This document shows positions 8,499 through 16,530 of a stretch of DNA of 41,753 nt, piece by piece; position 1 is the stretch's first letter, and every line of letters begins with the position of its first letter. The position numbers and the translations under genes are program-made. Location: contig CALBRH010000022.1 of assembly GCA_937899865.1 (NCBI GenBank), forward strand, positions 1 through 41,753, in the 5' to 3' direction. Origin of the DNA: an uncultured euryarchaeote. GTDB taxonomy: Archaea > Thermoplasmatota > Poseidoniia > Poseidoniales > Poseidoniaceae. The notes below the pieces were generated by a model. The model saw only the letters and a program-made list of their open reading frames with translations, did no database searches and had not been told where the DNA came from.

Positions 8499-10229
8499 AT
8501 GCCATTTGGAACACCACCCTCTGGAGGTCCATTGAGCAGAACTAGAAGGCGTATATCAGCGTCTTCATTAACCAAATACTTACGTTGTCCAAAACAATTT
8601 TTCCTATCTAACAAATTGGGATTGTCAAGCCCAAAATCGATATCTCAGATTTTAGGTATAGTGCTAGAAGATTCTCTTTGTTCAATATTGATGAGAAGGC
8701 CTGTAAGTATAAACTCACTTAATGAACTTAGAGATTGGTGCTTTAATTTTGCAGAAGAGGAAGCAAAGAATTGTTTTGAACTTGGTAGAGAGAATTGGGA
8801 ATCATCAATATGGAAAAATCCACAGCAAAGTTGGAAAGATGTAGAAATTGATGAATTAGCTAGAAAAATAAAGAATGGGCTATCACTATTCCTTGAAGAA
8901 GTAGAACAATGCTACAATTCTAATGGCGGTCCTTATCTTGAAGAATTTAGGAAAGGCAAGTCACCATTCAATATCCCTAGTCCCGCTTGGGGTGAAGAAC
9001 CTATTTTTCCAATTTCAGATAAAGTAAGGAACTTTGGTATGAGGACTTGGGCAGAAGATGAGCCAATCAATTGGCAAGAGGGCGGACAACCAGTTACATG
9101 GATTGAAGCATGGGAGATAGCTAGGCCTTGGGTAAAAGACCCTAGAGTTCATCAACCGCAGAGATTGTTTCATCCTGATGGATGGGCTGCAGGAGAATTA
9201 GATTTAGTGTTAAGATGGGATGGCAAGATAAGAATAATCGACATAAAGTCAGGTAACCCATCATCGAAATTTGCTGAATCATTAAAACACCAACTGAATT
9301 TTTATGCTTGGTTATGGCGAGAAACTCAACAAAATCAAACCGTTGACGGTATAGAGGGTTGGTATCTAGATGATAAGTCAAGAATTCTTCATGAAATTTT
9401 GAGTGATGATGAGTTAATAGTTTTAGGAGAAATGTATAAGAAAACCCATAGAGAAATGCTTGATCTAGGCGAAGGACCAGTAAAGTTCCCAGATGATTAT
9501 CCAGTAGCTTGCACAAAATCAGCAGGTTGTTTCTGGTGTTCATTTGGACAAAATGATCCTGAACAAGAATCAGATTATCTTAAACAACTTGAAAATACTG
9601 AAATTGTAATCTCTCCACCAAGTCAAAAAATTGGTGAAATACAATCTAGGGTAAATATCTCAGGTACATTTACTGGGCAGTGGGGGCCATTGCCAAATCA
9701 CTATGCAGAACCGGTTTTAGGTGCGATGGTTAGCGTTTCTGGAACACATATTACAATTGAGGAAAGTGAACCTAATGCATTCCCCTCTCTACACGACTTC
9801 TCTGATGGTGAAGTTATCATTGTCGACGCTTTACCAGGTGTTTGGCGCGGTAATCCAAGACTATATTTGGACAATAAAAGCAAGATTATCTCCCAAAAAT
9901 CAGTTGATGATGGAAAATTGAATGACTATCAGATGACCAGAATTGGCTTGATGAGAACTAGAGCAAATGTAGAAGGTGTAATAGTTTCTATAGACTACAG
10001 AAGTGGAGTAAAATTGGATGAAAAACCATGGTCTATGCTCAATATGCATATTTGGGATGGCAATCATGTTGCAGAGATTGTTGCATTTGGATCCAGTATT
10101 ACAAGCCAAATGCTTGAAACAAGACCAGGAGACAAAGTTAAGATTGTTTCAGCAGAATTAGGTTGGAGGTCAGGATTGCCTCAATTAAGAATTGACCAAC
10201 GTTCTACTAGATTTACCAAACTCGAATAA
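8499..10229 (+). CDS. PD-(D/E)XK RecB/Cas4-like nuclease with C-terminal OB folds (paralog A)
   Basis: ISASSLTKYLRCP (motif I plus Cys), GELDL...IIDIKSG (motifs II/III), QLNFYA (motif IV), CTKSAGCFWC cluster, C-terminal RPA-like strand pattern (NVEGVIVSI...IWDG...EIVAFG...GDKVKIVSAE). SD AGGTGA. Confidence 0.88.
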   Translation: MPFGTPPSGGPLSRTRRRISASSLTKYLRCPKQFFLSNKLGLSSPKSISQILGIVLEDSLCSILMRRPVSINSLNELRDWCFNFAEEEAKNCFELGRENWESSIWKNPQQSWKDVEIDELARKIKNGLSLFLEEVEQCYNSNGGPYLEEFRKGKSPFNIPSPAWGEEPIFPISDKVRNFGMRTWAEDEPINWQEGGQPVTWIEAWEIARPWVKDPRVHQPQRLFHPDGWAAGELDLVLRWDGKIRIIDIKSGNPSSKFAESLKHQLNFYAWLWRETQQNQTVDGIEGWYLDDKSRILHEILSDDELIVLGEMYKKTHREMLDLGEGPVKFPDDYPVACTKSAGCFWCSFGQNDPEQESDYLKQLENTEIVISPPSQKIGEIQSRVNISGTFTGQWGPLPNHYAEPVLGAMVSVSGTHITIEESEPNAFPSLHDFSDGEVIIVDALPGVWRGNPRLYLDNKSKIISQKSVDDGKLNDYQMTRIGLMRTRANVEGVIVSIDYRSGVKLDEKPWSMLNMHIWDGNHVAEIVAFGSSITSQMLETRPGDKVKIVSAELGWRSGLPQLRIDQRSTRFTKLE

Positions 10230-10236
10230 GGTAGGT

Positions 10237-12096
10237 TTGAAATGGCTGACCACTAACCCGGATAATATGCCGGTTTCAGAAGTGGATACTGATTTAGATA
10301 CAGTAGGCCCATATAATCGGTTATCTGCAAGTCAAGTAAATACATATAGAGCATGTAAAAGAATGTGGTTTTACGAGAAAGTTTTGAAATTAAAAATTAA
10401 ACAAGTACCAGTTTTGTATGTCGGAAGAGCAGTTGAAGAAGCCATTTGCAGAACTCTCAAAGAATCCCCATCTCTACTTCTTTCAACGGCATCCGAGTAT
10501 ACTTTGTCTAAAATCCCGCTTGAAGATGATGGCAAACCATCGAGAGACTCAAACAATGTTTGGCCTGCAAATAGGATACTTCCATTAGACAAAAATCAAC
10601 TTCCAAATTCTTTTCAAGATATTGAAGAATGGGCAAAACAAAGAGTGGAGTTACATCTTAATACAGCATTGTTAGAAGTGAAAAAGGACTGGGAAAGACA
10701 AGAAAGAAAATCTGGGGATTGGTCAGAGGTAAAGTTTGATTATTGTCTTGAAATGTGTTTTAATGCATTGAAGTTTCATATTAAAGAGATCGAAAGATGC
10801 TACTTGAATATTGATGAATCAACTCTTGAAAAATGGCGTTCAGGAAGTAGAGAATATTGGCCATCTCCTGATGGATATGGTTACAAATTAACCGGTAGGC
10901 ATCCATTAGCTGAAGAAGGTGAAATAACAATTTGTGAGGCTTGGGAAATAGCAAGACCATGGTTTGTGGAACCAGAATCAGGACAATTTAGTATGAATGC
11001 TATTCATCCTGATTATTGGTTTCAAGGAGAATATGATGTTGTTTACCGTTGGGATGGTAAGGTGAAAATTGTCGATATCAAGGCAAGTAAGGGAGTTGGC
11101 GATAGATCTGGAGATTATGTTGAGCAACTTAGGATGTATGCTATGTTATGGTGGGTTACTCACCAAAAGAAGGAATCAGTATCCGAATTGGAAATATGGT
11201 ACTTAGGTGCTAATGTAGTAAAATCAGTGCAAATCCCTAATGAAAATGAAATGAACAAAATGGAAAAGGACTTGGAATCACTTTGGCATGATATTAAGAG
11301 TGATAAAATCTCTATAGAAGATTGCCATGCTAACCCTTCCCCATTAAGAGGTTTCAGTGAAGGTGGAGTTCCTCAAAATCCTCCATTAGATGAAAAGCGC
11401 TGTGATAGGTGTGATTGGTCATCATTTTGTGTTGGAGGTAAAGGAATTGAGTATCAAAAGCCAAAATTAGAATATCTTTTACCTGGTATTTTAACACCAA
11501 TAAACGCAGTACCATTTGATGAATTGAATGTAAGATTCAACCTTTGCGTGACGGTTGAGTCGGTAACTTATCATGAAGATAATTTGCCCGATATTAAAAT
11601 TATTCAAGATGGCTTTAGGGCGAAAATTGATATTCGCTCTGAAAAGAATCAAAACGGCGAACAGACCTATCCTGAAGGACTATCAAAAAATGATTTAATT
11701 TATCTAGAAAATGCAATTATATCGTCAAACTATAAGGGAGAATTAACCATCAAAATCGATCCATTTGCAAGGATTCTACTATCTAAAGAAAACAAAGATT
11801 ATCCTGATAATTTGCTTAAATTCAGAGCAAGATGGGATATTGTAGGCAAACTAGCCTACAAATTTGAGCGTTCAGGAATTGGCAGAAACGGTAGAGAATG
11901 GCGAAGGAAAGGCTTGGTTATCTTTGACAATAATCAATCCATAAAAGTCTCAGGATGGGCAAATGATTGGGGTCATCAATATGATATGGCAAATGAAGGA
12001 GACTATGTATTGCTATCAAATATTGAATTAGATGCATGGGCAGACCAAATACGTGGTCAAATTGGTCGAAATTCTAGGCTGGATATTGTTAGTTGA
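10237..12096 (+). CDS. PD-(D/E)XK RecB/Cas4-like nuclease with C-terminal OB folds (paralog B)
   Basis: LSASQVNTYRACK, GEYDV...IVDIKAS, QLRMYA, CDRCDWSSFC (CxxC-x5-C), C-terminal SSB/RPA-like segment (WDIVGKL...GREWRRKGLVIFDN...IKVSGW...EGDYVLLSN). Start most plausibly TTG 10237 after AGGTAGGT; ATG 10267 is an alternative. Confidence 0.88.
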   Translation: MKWLTTNPDNMPVSEVDTDLDTVGPYNRLSASQVNTYRACKRMWFYEKVLKLKIKQVPVLYVGRAVEEAICRTLKESPSLLLSTASEYTLSKIPLEDDGKPSRDSNNVWPANRILPLDKNQLPNSFQDIEEWAKQRVELHLNTALLEVKKDWERQERKSGDWSEVKFDYCLEMCFNALKFHIKEIERCYLNIDESTLEKWRSGSREYWPSPDGYGYKLTGRHPLAEEGEITICEAWEIARPWFVEPESGQFSMNAIHPDYWFQGEYDVVYRWDGKVKIVDIKASKGVGDRSGDYVEQLRMYAMLWWVTHQKKESVSELEIWYLGANVVKSVQIPNENEMNKMEKDLESLWHDIKSDKISIEDCHANPSPLRGFSEGGVPQNPPLDEKRCDRCDWSSFCVGGKGIEYQKPKLEYLLPGILTPINAVPFDELNVRFNLCVTVESVTYHEDNLPDIKIIQDGFRAKIDIRSEKNQNGEQTYPEGLSKNDLIYLENAIISSNYKGELTIKIDPFARILLSKENKDYPDNLLKFRARWDIVGKLAYKFERSGIGRNGREWRRKGLVIFDNNQSIKVSGWANDWGHQYDMANEGDYVLLSNIELDAWADQIRGQIGRNSRLDIVS

Positions 12097-12297
12097 CTAG
12101 CCGCCAGATGAGACAGTAGTGACTAATAATTCAATATCATTCTTGATTATTGTCGATAATGGCAATATTTGATCATCAAAGCTAACAACAACTGTTGATG
12201 GTAATATTCCGCATTCAATCAACGCTTCTCGTAATTTTATCTCACCTTGAAATTCTAGATTCTTATCATAATCACGACCGTAGAACCTAATCTGCAT
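12097..12297 (-). CDS. ThiS/MoaD/SAMP family ubiquitin-like sulfur carrier
   Basis: 66 aa, beta-grasp pattern, ends VSSGG with the C-terminal di-glycine. Confidence 0.88.
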   Translation of the reverse strand: MQIRFYGRDYDKNLEFQGEIKLREALIECGILPSTVVVSFDDQILPLSTIIKNDIELLVTTVSSGG

Positions 12298-12349
12298 GTT
12301 TGTCCGTATAGCATCATGCTTATGACTATGGCGCTAAAGGCGGATTTAA

Positions 12350-12431
12350 GCCGAGATCGCATAGCCCGGTATTGCGGTGGATTCGAAATCCACTGTCGTT
12401 AGACACGGGGGTTCAAATCCCTCTCTCGGCG
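12350..12431 (+). tRNA. tRNA-Ser(CGA)
   Basis: Acceptor stem GCCGAGA/TCTCGGC, D-stem GCA/TGC, anticodon stem GTGGA/TCCAC with loop TT-CGA-AA, long variable arm TGTC-GTTA-GACA, T arm GGGGG-TTCAAAT-CCCTC, discriminator G. No intron; CCA not fully encoded. Confidence 0.97.
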
Positions 12432-12433
12432 CC

Positions 12434-13207
12434 TTACATGTAAAATGCATCATGTGTTTGAGTAATTTCTGAAACTAAGTCTTCTTGACTATTAGGTGAG
12501 ATCTGTTTAAGTTTTTCAATCAATTTTTGGTTAGCATCATTAGGAATTAACAATTTTAATCCAAACCATTTGTCAATTGATTTAAGCAAGTTTTGTGAAG
12601 CGATTATATCTCCACTAGAGCCAATTGTGGTAGCGATGGCACACGCTGAATTTATGTCATAAACAGGTCCTAGTGATGACAACAAAGCAGCCATTCCAAT
12701 TGCTCCTGAACTCGGCTCATCCCTTCTTACATTTGCTCCACGCGATTCTAAATCAACTCTATATGAACTACTACTTGGAACAATAAATATCTCTTTTCTT
12801 GCTGCTTCGTCTACCATTCCTGCCAATACAATTAATTCAGAAACATTATTTTGTTTTAGTAATTCCAATATTTCTCTAGCCATATATCCTTGATTATTAG
12901 GTTCTAATGGTTGTGAAGTTCCGGTAATTGTAAGTACGTACTCACTTTCATTATACTCAATTGCTTTGACTGATAGATGGGGAGGAGAAAGCAAACCATC
13001 TTGATCTAAAGTTGCAAGAGGTGGCAAAGCCGTATGATGTAATCTTGCCAATTCAATCGATTCATTGGTTGAGTTTAGAGCATCTATTGCGGCCTTTCCA
13101 ATGTTTCCAACCCCAGGTAAAGAAAAAAGGCAAATGTTTGCATCTAAGAGATTATTATGGCCATTACGCCACTCGACCAATAAACTCATACTTATCGAAT
13201 CATTCAA
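12434..13207 (-). CDS. PAC2 family proteasome assembly chaperone
   Basis: LPGVGNIGK motif, SGAIGMAALL segment, and position after nop10/aIF2alpha as in the conserved archaeal operon. True start may be ATG 13189. Confidence 0.85.
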   Translation of the reverse strand: MNDSISMSLLVEWRNGHNNLLDANICLFSLPGVGNIGKAAIDALNSTNESIELARLHHTALPPLATLDQDGLLSPPHLSVKAIEYNESEYVLTITGTSQPLEPNNQGYMAREILELLKQNNVSELIVLAGMVDEAARKEIFIVPSSSSYRVDLESRGANVRRDEPSSGAIGMAALLSSLGPVYDINSACAIATTIGSSGDIIASQNLLKSIDKWFGLKLLIPNDANQKLIEKLKQISPNSQEDLVSEITQTHDAFYM

Positions 13208-13276
13208 TAAGCAGTATAATGTTTGACATGACTAAAACAAAAAAACTTAGTTTTCTAAACAAAACAAATTAATCCG

Positions 13277-13513
13277 TTACTCCTCTTCAGAAGCATTACT
13301 TCTAGTCTCAGAGATTTTTTCTAAACTTGGTAGTGAATCCAACCACTCTTTTGATTCAACATTGTACATTTTCCGACGAATATTTGCACGTTGGTCTTCA
13401 GGAGACCATTTCAGCGGTGCTGCAGCATTTGCAGTATCATCACAGTACTGGCAATCACGTTGCAAAGTCCATGCTTTACACTTACTACAATGTTGCAATA
13501 ATTGTCTTGCCAT
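13277..13513 (-). CDS. nop10: H/ACA RNP protein Nop10
   Basis: CSKC...CQYC Zn ribbon, PLKWSPED (resembles PxKFSPED), directly downstream of aIF2alpha. Confidence 0.9.
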   Translation of the reverse strand: MARQLLQHCSKCKAWTLQRDCQYCDDTANAAAPLKWSPEDQRANIRRKMYNVESKEWLDSLPSLEKISETRSNASEEE

Positions 13514-13552
13514 GATATTGCCTAACAGTTATCGTTTATGATTAAGTCGGTA

Positions 13553-14338
13553 TTAATCTCTATAACTAGTCGCTTGTCCACCATTTTCTTCCATGACACT
13601 AACGATTAATTTTGTAACTTCAATCCACAAATCTTCTGCGGTTTTGAAATCTGGTGCTTTCAAAACAATCCTGTATTCAGGCGCCCCATCATAAAAACAC
13701 ATTACAGAAACTTCGTCTTTTTCAGAAGTATACTCTTCAGCAGATAATAGTGCGCTTCTAATTACTTCTACACCATTTTCAACATTAATCGATAGATTCA
13801 AACTACCTTTAATCTCAACAAATGGAGGGATGATATTTTCTATTGCCATCTCAACAAATTCAGAAATCCAATCCCCTTCGAAACCAGCATCAATTATTGA
13901 TGATTCATTCATTGCAGCTTCTTCAAATGAAGAGTATAAGGTTCCGAAAGCAGAGGCTAAATCTTCACCGGTTGAATCTCTTTCAGATTCACTCCAACCA
14001 ACCTTTTCTCCAAGTACTTTCAATAATTGTAATGATCTTTGCTCATTCTTCCATTCTTGTAGTCTATCTCTGCGTCTTTCTTCAGATACGGACTTAAGTG
14101 ACAATTCAATCGAAGAACCATCTTTCTTGGTACGCATTACTTTACATATCAATCTTTGACCATCACGAACAAATGCTCTGATATTCTTTACCCATCCACT
14201 GGCAATTTCACCTATGAATATGAATCCTTCAATACCAGGATACTCATCAAAGTCTACGTATACTCCATTTTGCTTAACATTCTTGACGGTTACTACAACA
14301 AGTTCCCCTTCCTGCGGGGTGTTAACTTGTTCACTCAT
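13553..14338 (-). CDS. eif2a: Translation initiation factor aIF2 alpha subunit
   Basis: PQEGELVVVTV S1 domain, EGFIFIGEIASGWVKNIR, IELSLKSV, GAPEYRI. Confidence 0.97.
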   Translation of the reverse strand: MSEQVNTPQEGELVVVTVKNVKQNGVYVDFDEYPGIEGFIFIGEIASGWVKNIRAFVRDGQRLICKVMRTKKDGSSIELSLKSVSEERRRDRLQEWKNEQRSLQLLKVLGEKVGWSESERDSTGEDLASAFGTLYSSFEEAAMNESSIIDAGFEGDWISEFVEMAIENIIPPFVEIKGSLNLSINVENGVEVIRSALLSAEEYTSEKDEVSVMCFYDGAPEYRIVLKAPDFKTAEDLWIEVTKLIVSVMEENGGQATSYRD

Positions 14339-14353
14339 GGAGGCTCAGCCTCC
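14339..14353 (-). promoter_or_regulatory. Shine-Dalgarno of aIF2alpha embedded in an inverted repeat (GGAGGCT-G-AGCCTCC)
   Basis: The 15-nt rps27e/aIF2alpha spacer is entirely a 7-bp inverted repeat between the rps27e TGA and the aIF2alpha ATG. Confidence 0.6.
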
Positions 14354-14524
14354 TCATTCCATAGCTTCGACCATTCTGCAGCCGACAAGTTTTGCATTTC
14401 CACCAGATGGTGCTGTCAAAGTAGCTCCACAAACAGAGCAAGAAATAATTGTAGTAGCTCTAGAAAAAATCACAGACTCAGATCCGCAGTCTTTGCAAGT
14501 TACTTTGATAAAATTTCCAGCCAT
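14354..14524 (-). CDS. rps27e: 30S ribosomal protein S27e (absent from ORF track)
   Basis: Hand translation MAGNFIKVTCKDCGSESVIFSRATTIISCSVCGATLTAPSGGNAKLVGCRMVEAME (56 aa); CxxC/CxxC; SD GAGGTGA; lies between rpl44e and aIF2alpha. Confidence 0.97.
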   Translation of the reverse strand: MAGNFIKVTCKDCGSESVIFSRATTIISCSVCGATLTAPSGGNAKLVGCRMVEAME

Positions 14525-14533
14525 TTAATCACC

Positions 14534-14818
14534 TCATTTGTCAACTAATTCGAATTTCTTAGCTCTTTGACATGGAGCATAATGTGCCTTTCCAGTCTCT
14601 GTGCATCTAAATAGGATATTTACTCTCTTGGTTGGCTTTTCTCTGCCATCTGGCTTAGGACGTGGGAAACCTCTGTAACCAGCCATTACTCTTCGGAATC
14701 TTCTTTGACCCCACTTAAGTTCAGAAGCACGCTTTTTCTTAACGCGCTCCACTGTGTGCATGGTATGCTTACCAGCCGAGGGGCTGTATCGCTTGATTTG
14801 ACGAGGCATCTTGACCAT
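14534..14818 (-). CDS. rpl44e: 50S ribosomal protein L44e (eL42)
   Basis: MVKMPRQIKRYSP, LKWGQRRFRR, GYRGFPRP, KPTKRV. Most Zn-binding Cys are replaced (YSP..GKHT; RCTETG). Confidence 0.95.
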   Translation of the reverse strand: MVKMPRQIKRYSPSAGKHTMHTVERVKKKRASELKWGQRRFRRVMAGYRGFPRPKPDGREKPTKRVNILFRCTETGKAHYAPCQRAKKFELVDK

Positions 14819-14897
14819 GGTACCACCTTGAGCATTCGACCCACTAAGGTCGGGTATTTAGAAACTCCGTATATCTTTGAATTAGAAAACAGATGAC

Positions 14898-14910
14898 TGA
14901 ACCTTAAATT
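14898..14910 (+). promoter_or_regulatory. Putative BRE/TATA promoter element TGAACCTTAAATT
   Basis: About 40 nt upstream of ATG 14950; identical 13-mer at 38388-38400. Confidence 0.5.
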
Positions 14911-14949
14911 TAGGGATGAAATAATTAATCCGCTGGTATTCCAAAGACC

Positions 14950-15741
14950 ATGGATGAAATAGTTGAGGCGGCTTTACTTTTCTGGCTGCCCTTCGCTTTC
15001 ATACCATTTGGTCTTTGGTTGTCACAAGTAAAATCTTCGATTATGTCGAGCAGAATTGGCTATCTAATCGCGTTATGTGGCGTAGTTTTTGTTTTAGCTA
15101 GTCCATGGACAGTTCCTAAATCACCATCAAGTGCTGTAGGTCACTTATTGGGTTTTATCGCAGGTCCAACAATAATGATTTTAATTGGATTATTTAAGAT
15201 TGCATACTCTGGCAATGTACCTGTTGGCAGACTTAGTATCAATGAAAGAAATTTTGGCTTATTGTTATTTTTTATGGGCATCATTTGGTTTTCATTAATG
15301 CATTGGTGGGAAATTACTCCTGTAATGAGTTCAGGTGAAGTTAATCGATATTGGCTCATATTCTTACCAAATTTGTTGATTTCTCTAACTTGTTTATCAT
15401 TGGCAGGAGGCTTGGCAATGTTGTCATTTGGCGATTCTCGAACAAGTGAATCAAAATATCTATTTGGCACATCATTGGTTTCATTTGTATTTTTAATCTG
15501 TGCAATGAATTTAGATTCATCAAACATAGATGCAGTTGGATTTAGAGAATATGTCTGGCTGTCGGTCGCTGACTTAATCGGTATTGTTATCGGTTCAATG
15601 TTAGCGATAATTTGCTTTGCTTCTGTGATTTTTGTCTATGAAAGTACTTTACCTAAACCAAAATCAATAGATGCTCCAACTAATGAAGAATTATCAAAAA
15701 TCTCACAAGTAATACTCGACAATCTTGGAGGTGAAGAATAA
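14950..15741 (+). CDS. Hypothetical multi-pass membrane protein
   Basis: 263 aa with about 7 hydrophobic segments; no recognised family. Confidence 0.8.
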   Translation: MDEIVEAALLFWLPFAFIPFGLWLSQVKSSIMSSRIGYLIALCGVVFVLASPWTVPKSPSSAVGHLLGFIAGPTIMILIGLFKIAYSGNVPVGRLSINERNFGLLLFFMGIIWFSLMHWWEITPVMSSGEVNRYWLIFLPNLLISLTCLSLAGGLAMLSFGDSRTSESKYLFGTSLVSFVFLICAMNLDSSNIDAVGFREYVWLSVADLIGIVIGSMLAIICFASVIFVYESTLPKPKSIDAPTNEELSKISQVILDNLGGEE

Positions 15742-16220
15742 TGGTTGAAAACAACAAACCATCAGCTAAGGTTGTTTTAATCGGATTGCTATTTCCGGTC
15801 ATATTGATCATTGCTCTTGATTATACTGTTAATGGTGAAATTCCAGGTTTTGGAATTGATGATTTAAATCCAAGAATTGCTAATTCAGTATTGACTTCAT
15901 TCATTTTAGTATCAACATTTTTGCTCGGTAATATGTTCTTTTATGGTGAATCAAGAAAGCGTCCTTTAGCACCTATTTTTGGTATGATAATCGCATTATT
16001 GATAGGCGTTTTTGCAACGATATTTTTTATTAATCAAGGCCCAATGTTGTTGGAGGGCAATGGATCAGTACGTGCTCAGTTAGTTTACAACATTGGGCAT
16101 ACAATAGTATCTATCTTGGCCTTGACTCTGTCTCTAATTATTACTCTTGGAATATTGTTCTCTACAATTACTCACTCGTCCTCAAAAATCTCCAATGCAT
16201 CTTTTATTGAAGAAGAATAA
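15741..16220 (+). CDS. Hypothetical membrane protein (about 4 TM)
   Basis: Start overlaps the upstream stop (TAATG), implying translational coupling. Confidence 0.8.
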   Translation: MVENNKPSAKVVLIGLLFPVILIIALDYTVNGEIPGFGIDDLNPRIANSVLTSFILVSTFLLGNMFFYGESRKRPLAPIFGMIIALLIGVFATIFFINQGPMLLEGNGSVRAQLVYNIGHTIVSILALTLSLIITLGILFSTITHSSSKISNASFIEEE

Positions 16221-16284
16221 TTAATTCTTATTTCCGTTTATTTCATAAAGGATTGGTAGGTGGGCGAAACGCTGAGGTGAGTTT

Positions 16285-16464
16285 ATGTCAAAAGGTACTC
16301 CATCAATGGGTCGTCGTCAAAAGACTACACATATTAGATGTAGAAGGTGTGGAAGAAATGCTTACCATAAGCAAAAAGGCGTCTGTGCAGCATGTGGCTA
16401 TGGAGCAACAGCAAAGATGAGAAAGTATAGCTGGTCTAAGAAAACCCATCGTCCTAAGGCTTAA
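16285..16464 (+). CDS. rpl37e: 50S ribosomal protein L37e (absent from ORF track)
   Basis: Hand translation [59 protein letters not shown] (59 aa); SD GAGGTGA. Confidence 0.98.
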   Translation: MSKGTPSMGRRQKTTHIRCRRCGRNAYHKQKGVCAACGYGATAKMRKYSWSKKTHRPKA

Positions 16465-16490
16465 TTCCCACAATTAGTAACAACGAAACT

Positions 16491-16512
16491 TTAGCAAACA
16501 ATCATTTGCTAA
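16491..16512. promoter_or_regulatory. 8-bp perfect inverted repeat TTAGCAAA-N6-TTTGCTAA upstream of purF
   Basis: Seen directly in the rpl37e-purF spacer; could be an operator or an RNA hairpin. Confidence 0.45.
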
Positions 16513-16530
16513 TTGAAATGTGGTGATACT

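Noticed and set aside
8499-12096. CRISPR-Cas adaptation module (cas4)
   Set aside because: No cas1/cas2, repeat-spacer array or other cas genes in the window; the proteins are much longer than Cas4 and carry OB folds.
12350-12433. tRNA used as an integration site (genomic island)
   Set aside because: No integrase, no duplicated tRNA 3' end seen, and core genes abut on both sides.
14156-14548. Plus-strand ORFs 14156-14548 and 14214-14528
   Set aside because: Antisense shadows of rps27e and aIF2alpha, which are unambiguous on the minus strand.
16262-16273. Hairpin GGCG-AAA-CGCT before rpl37e
   Set aside because: Only 3-4 bp, which is indistinguishable from chance.
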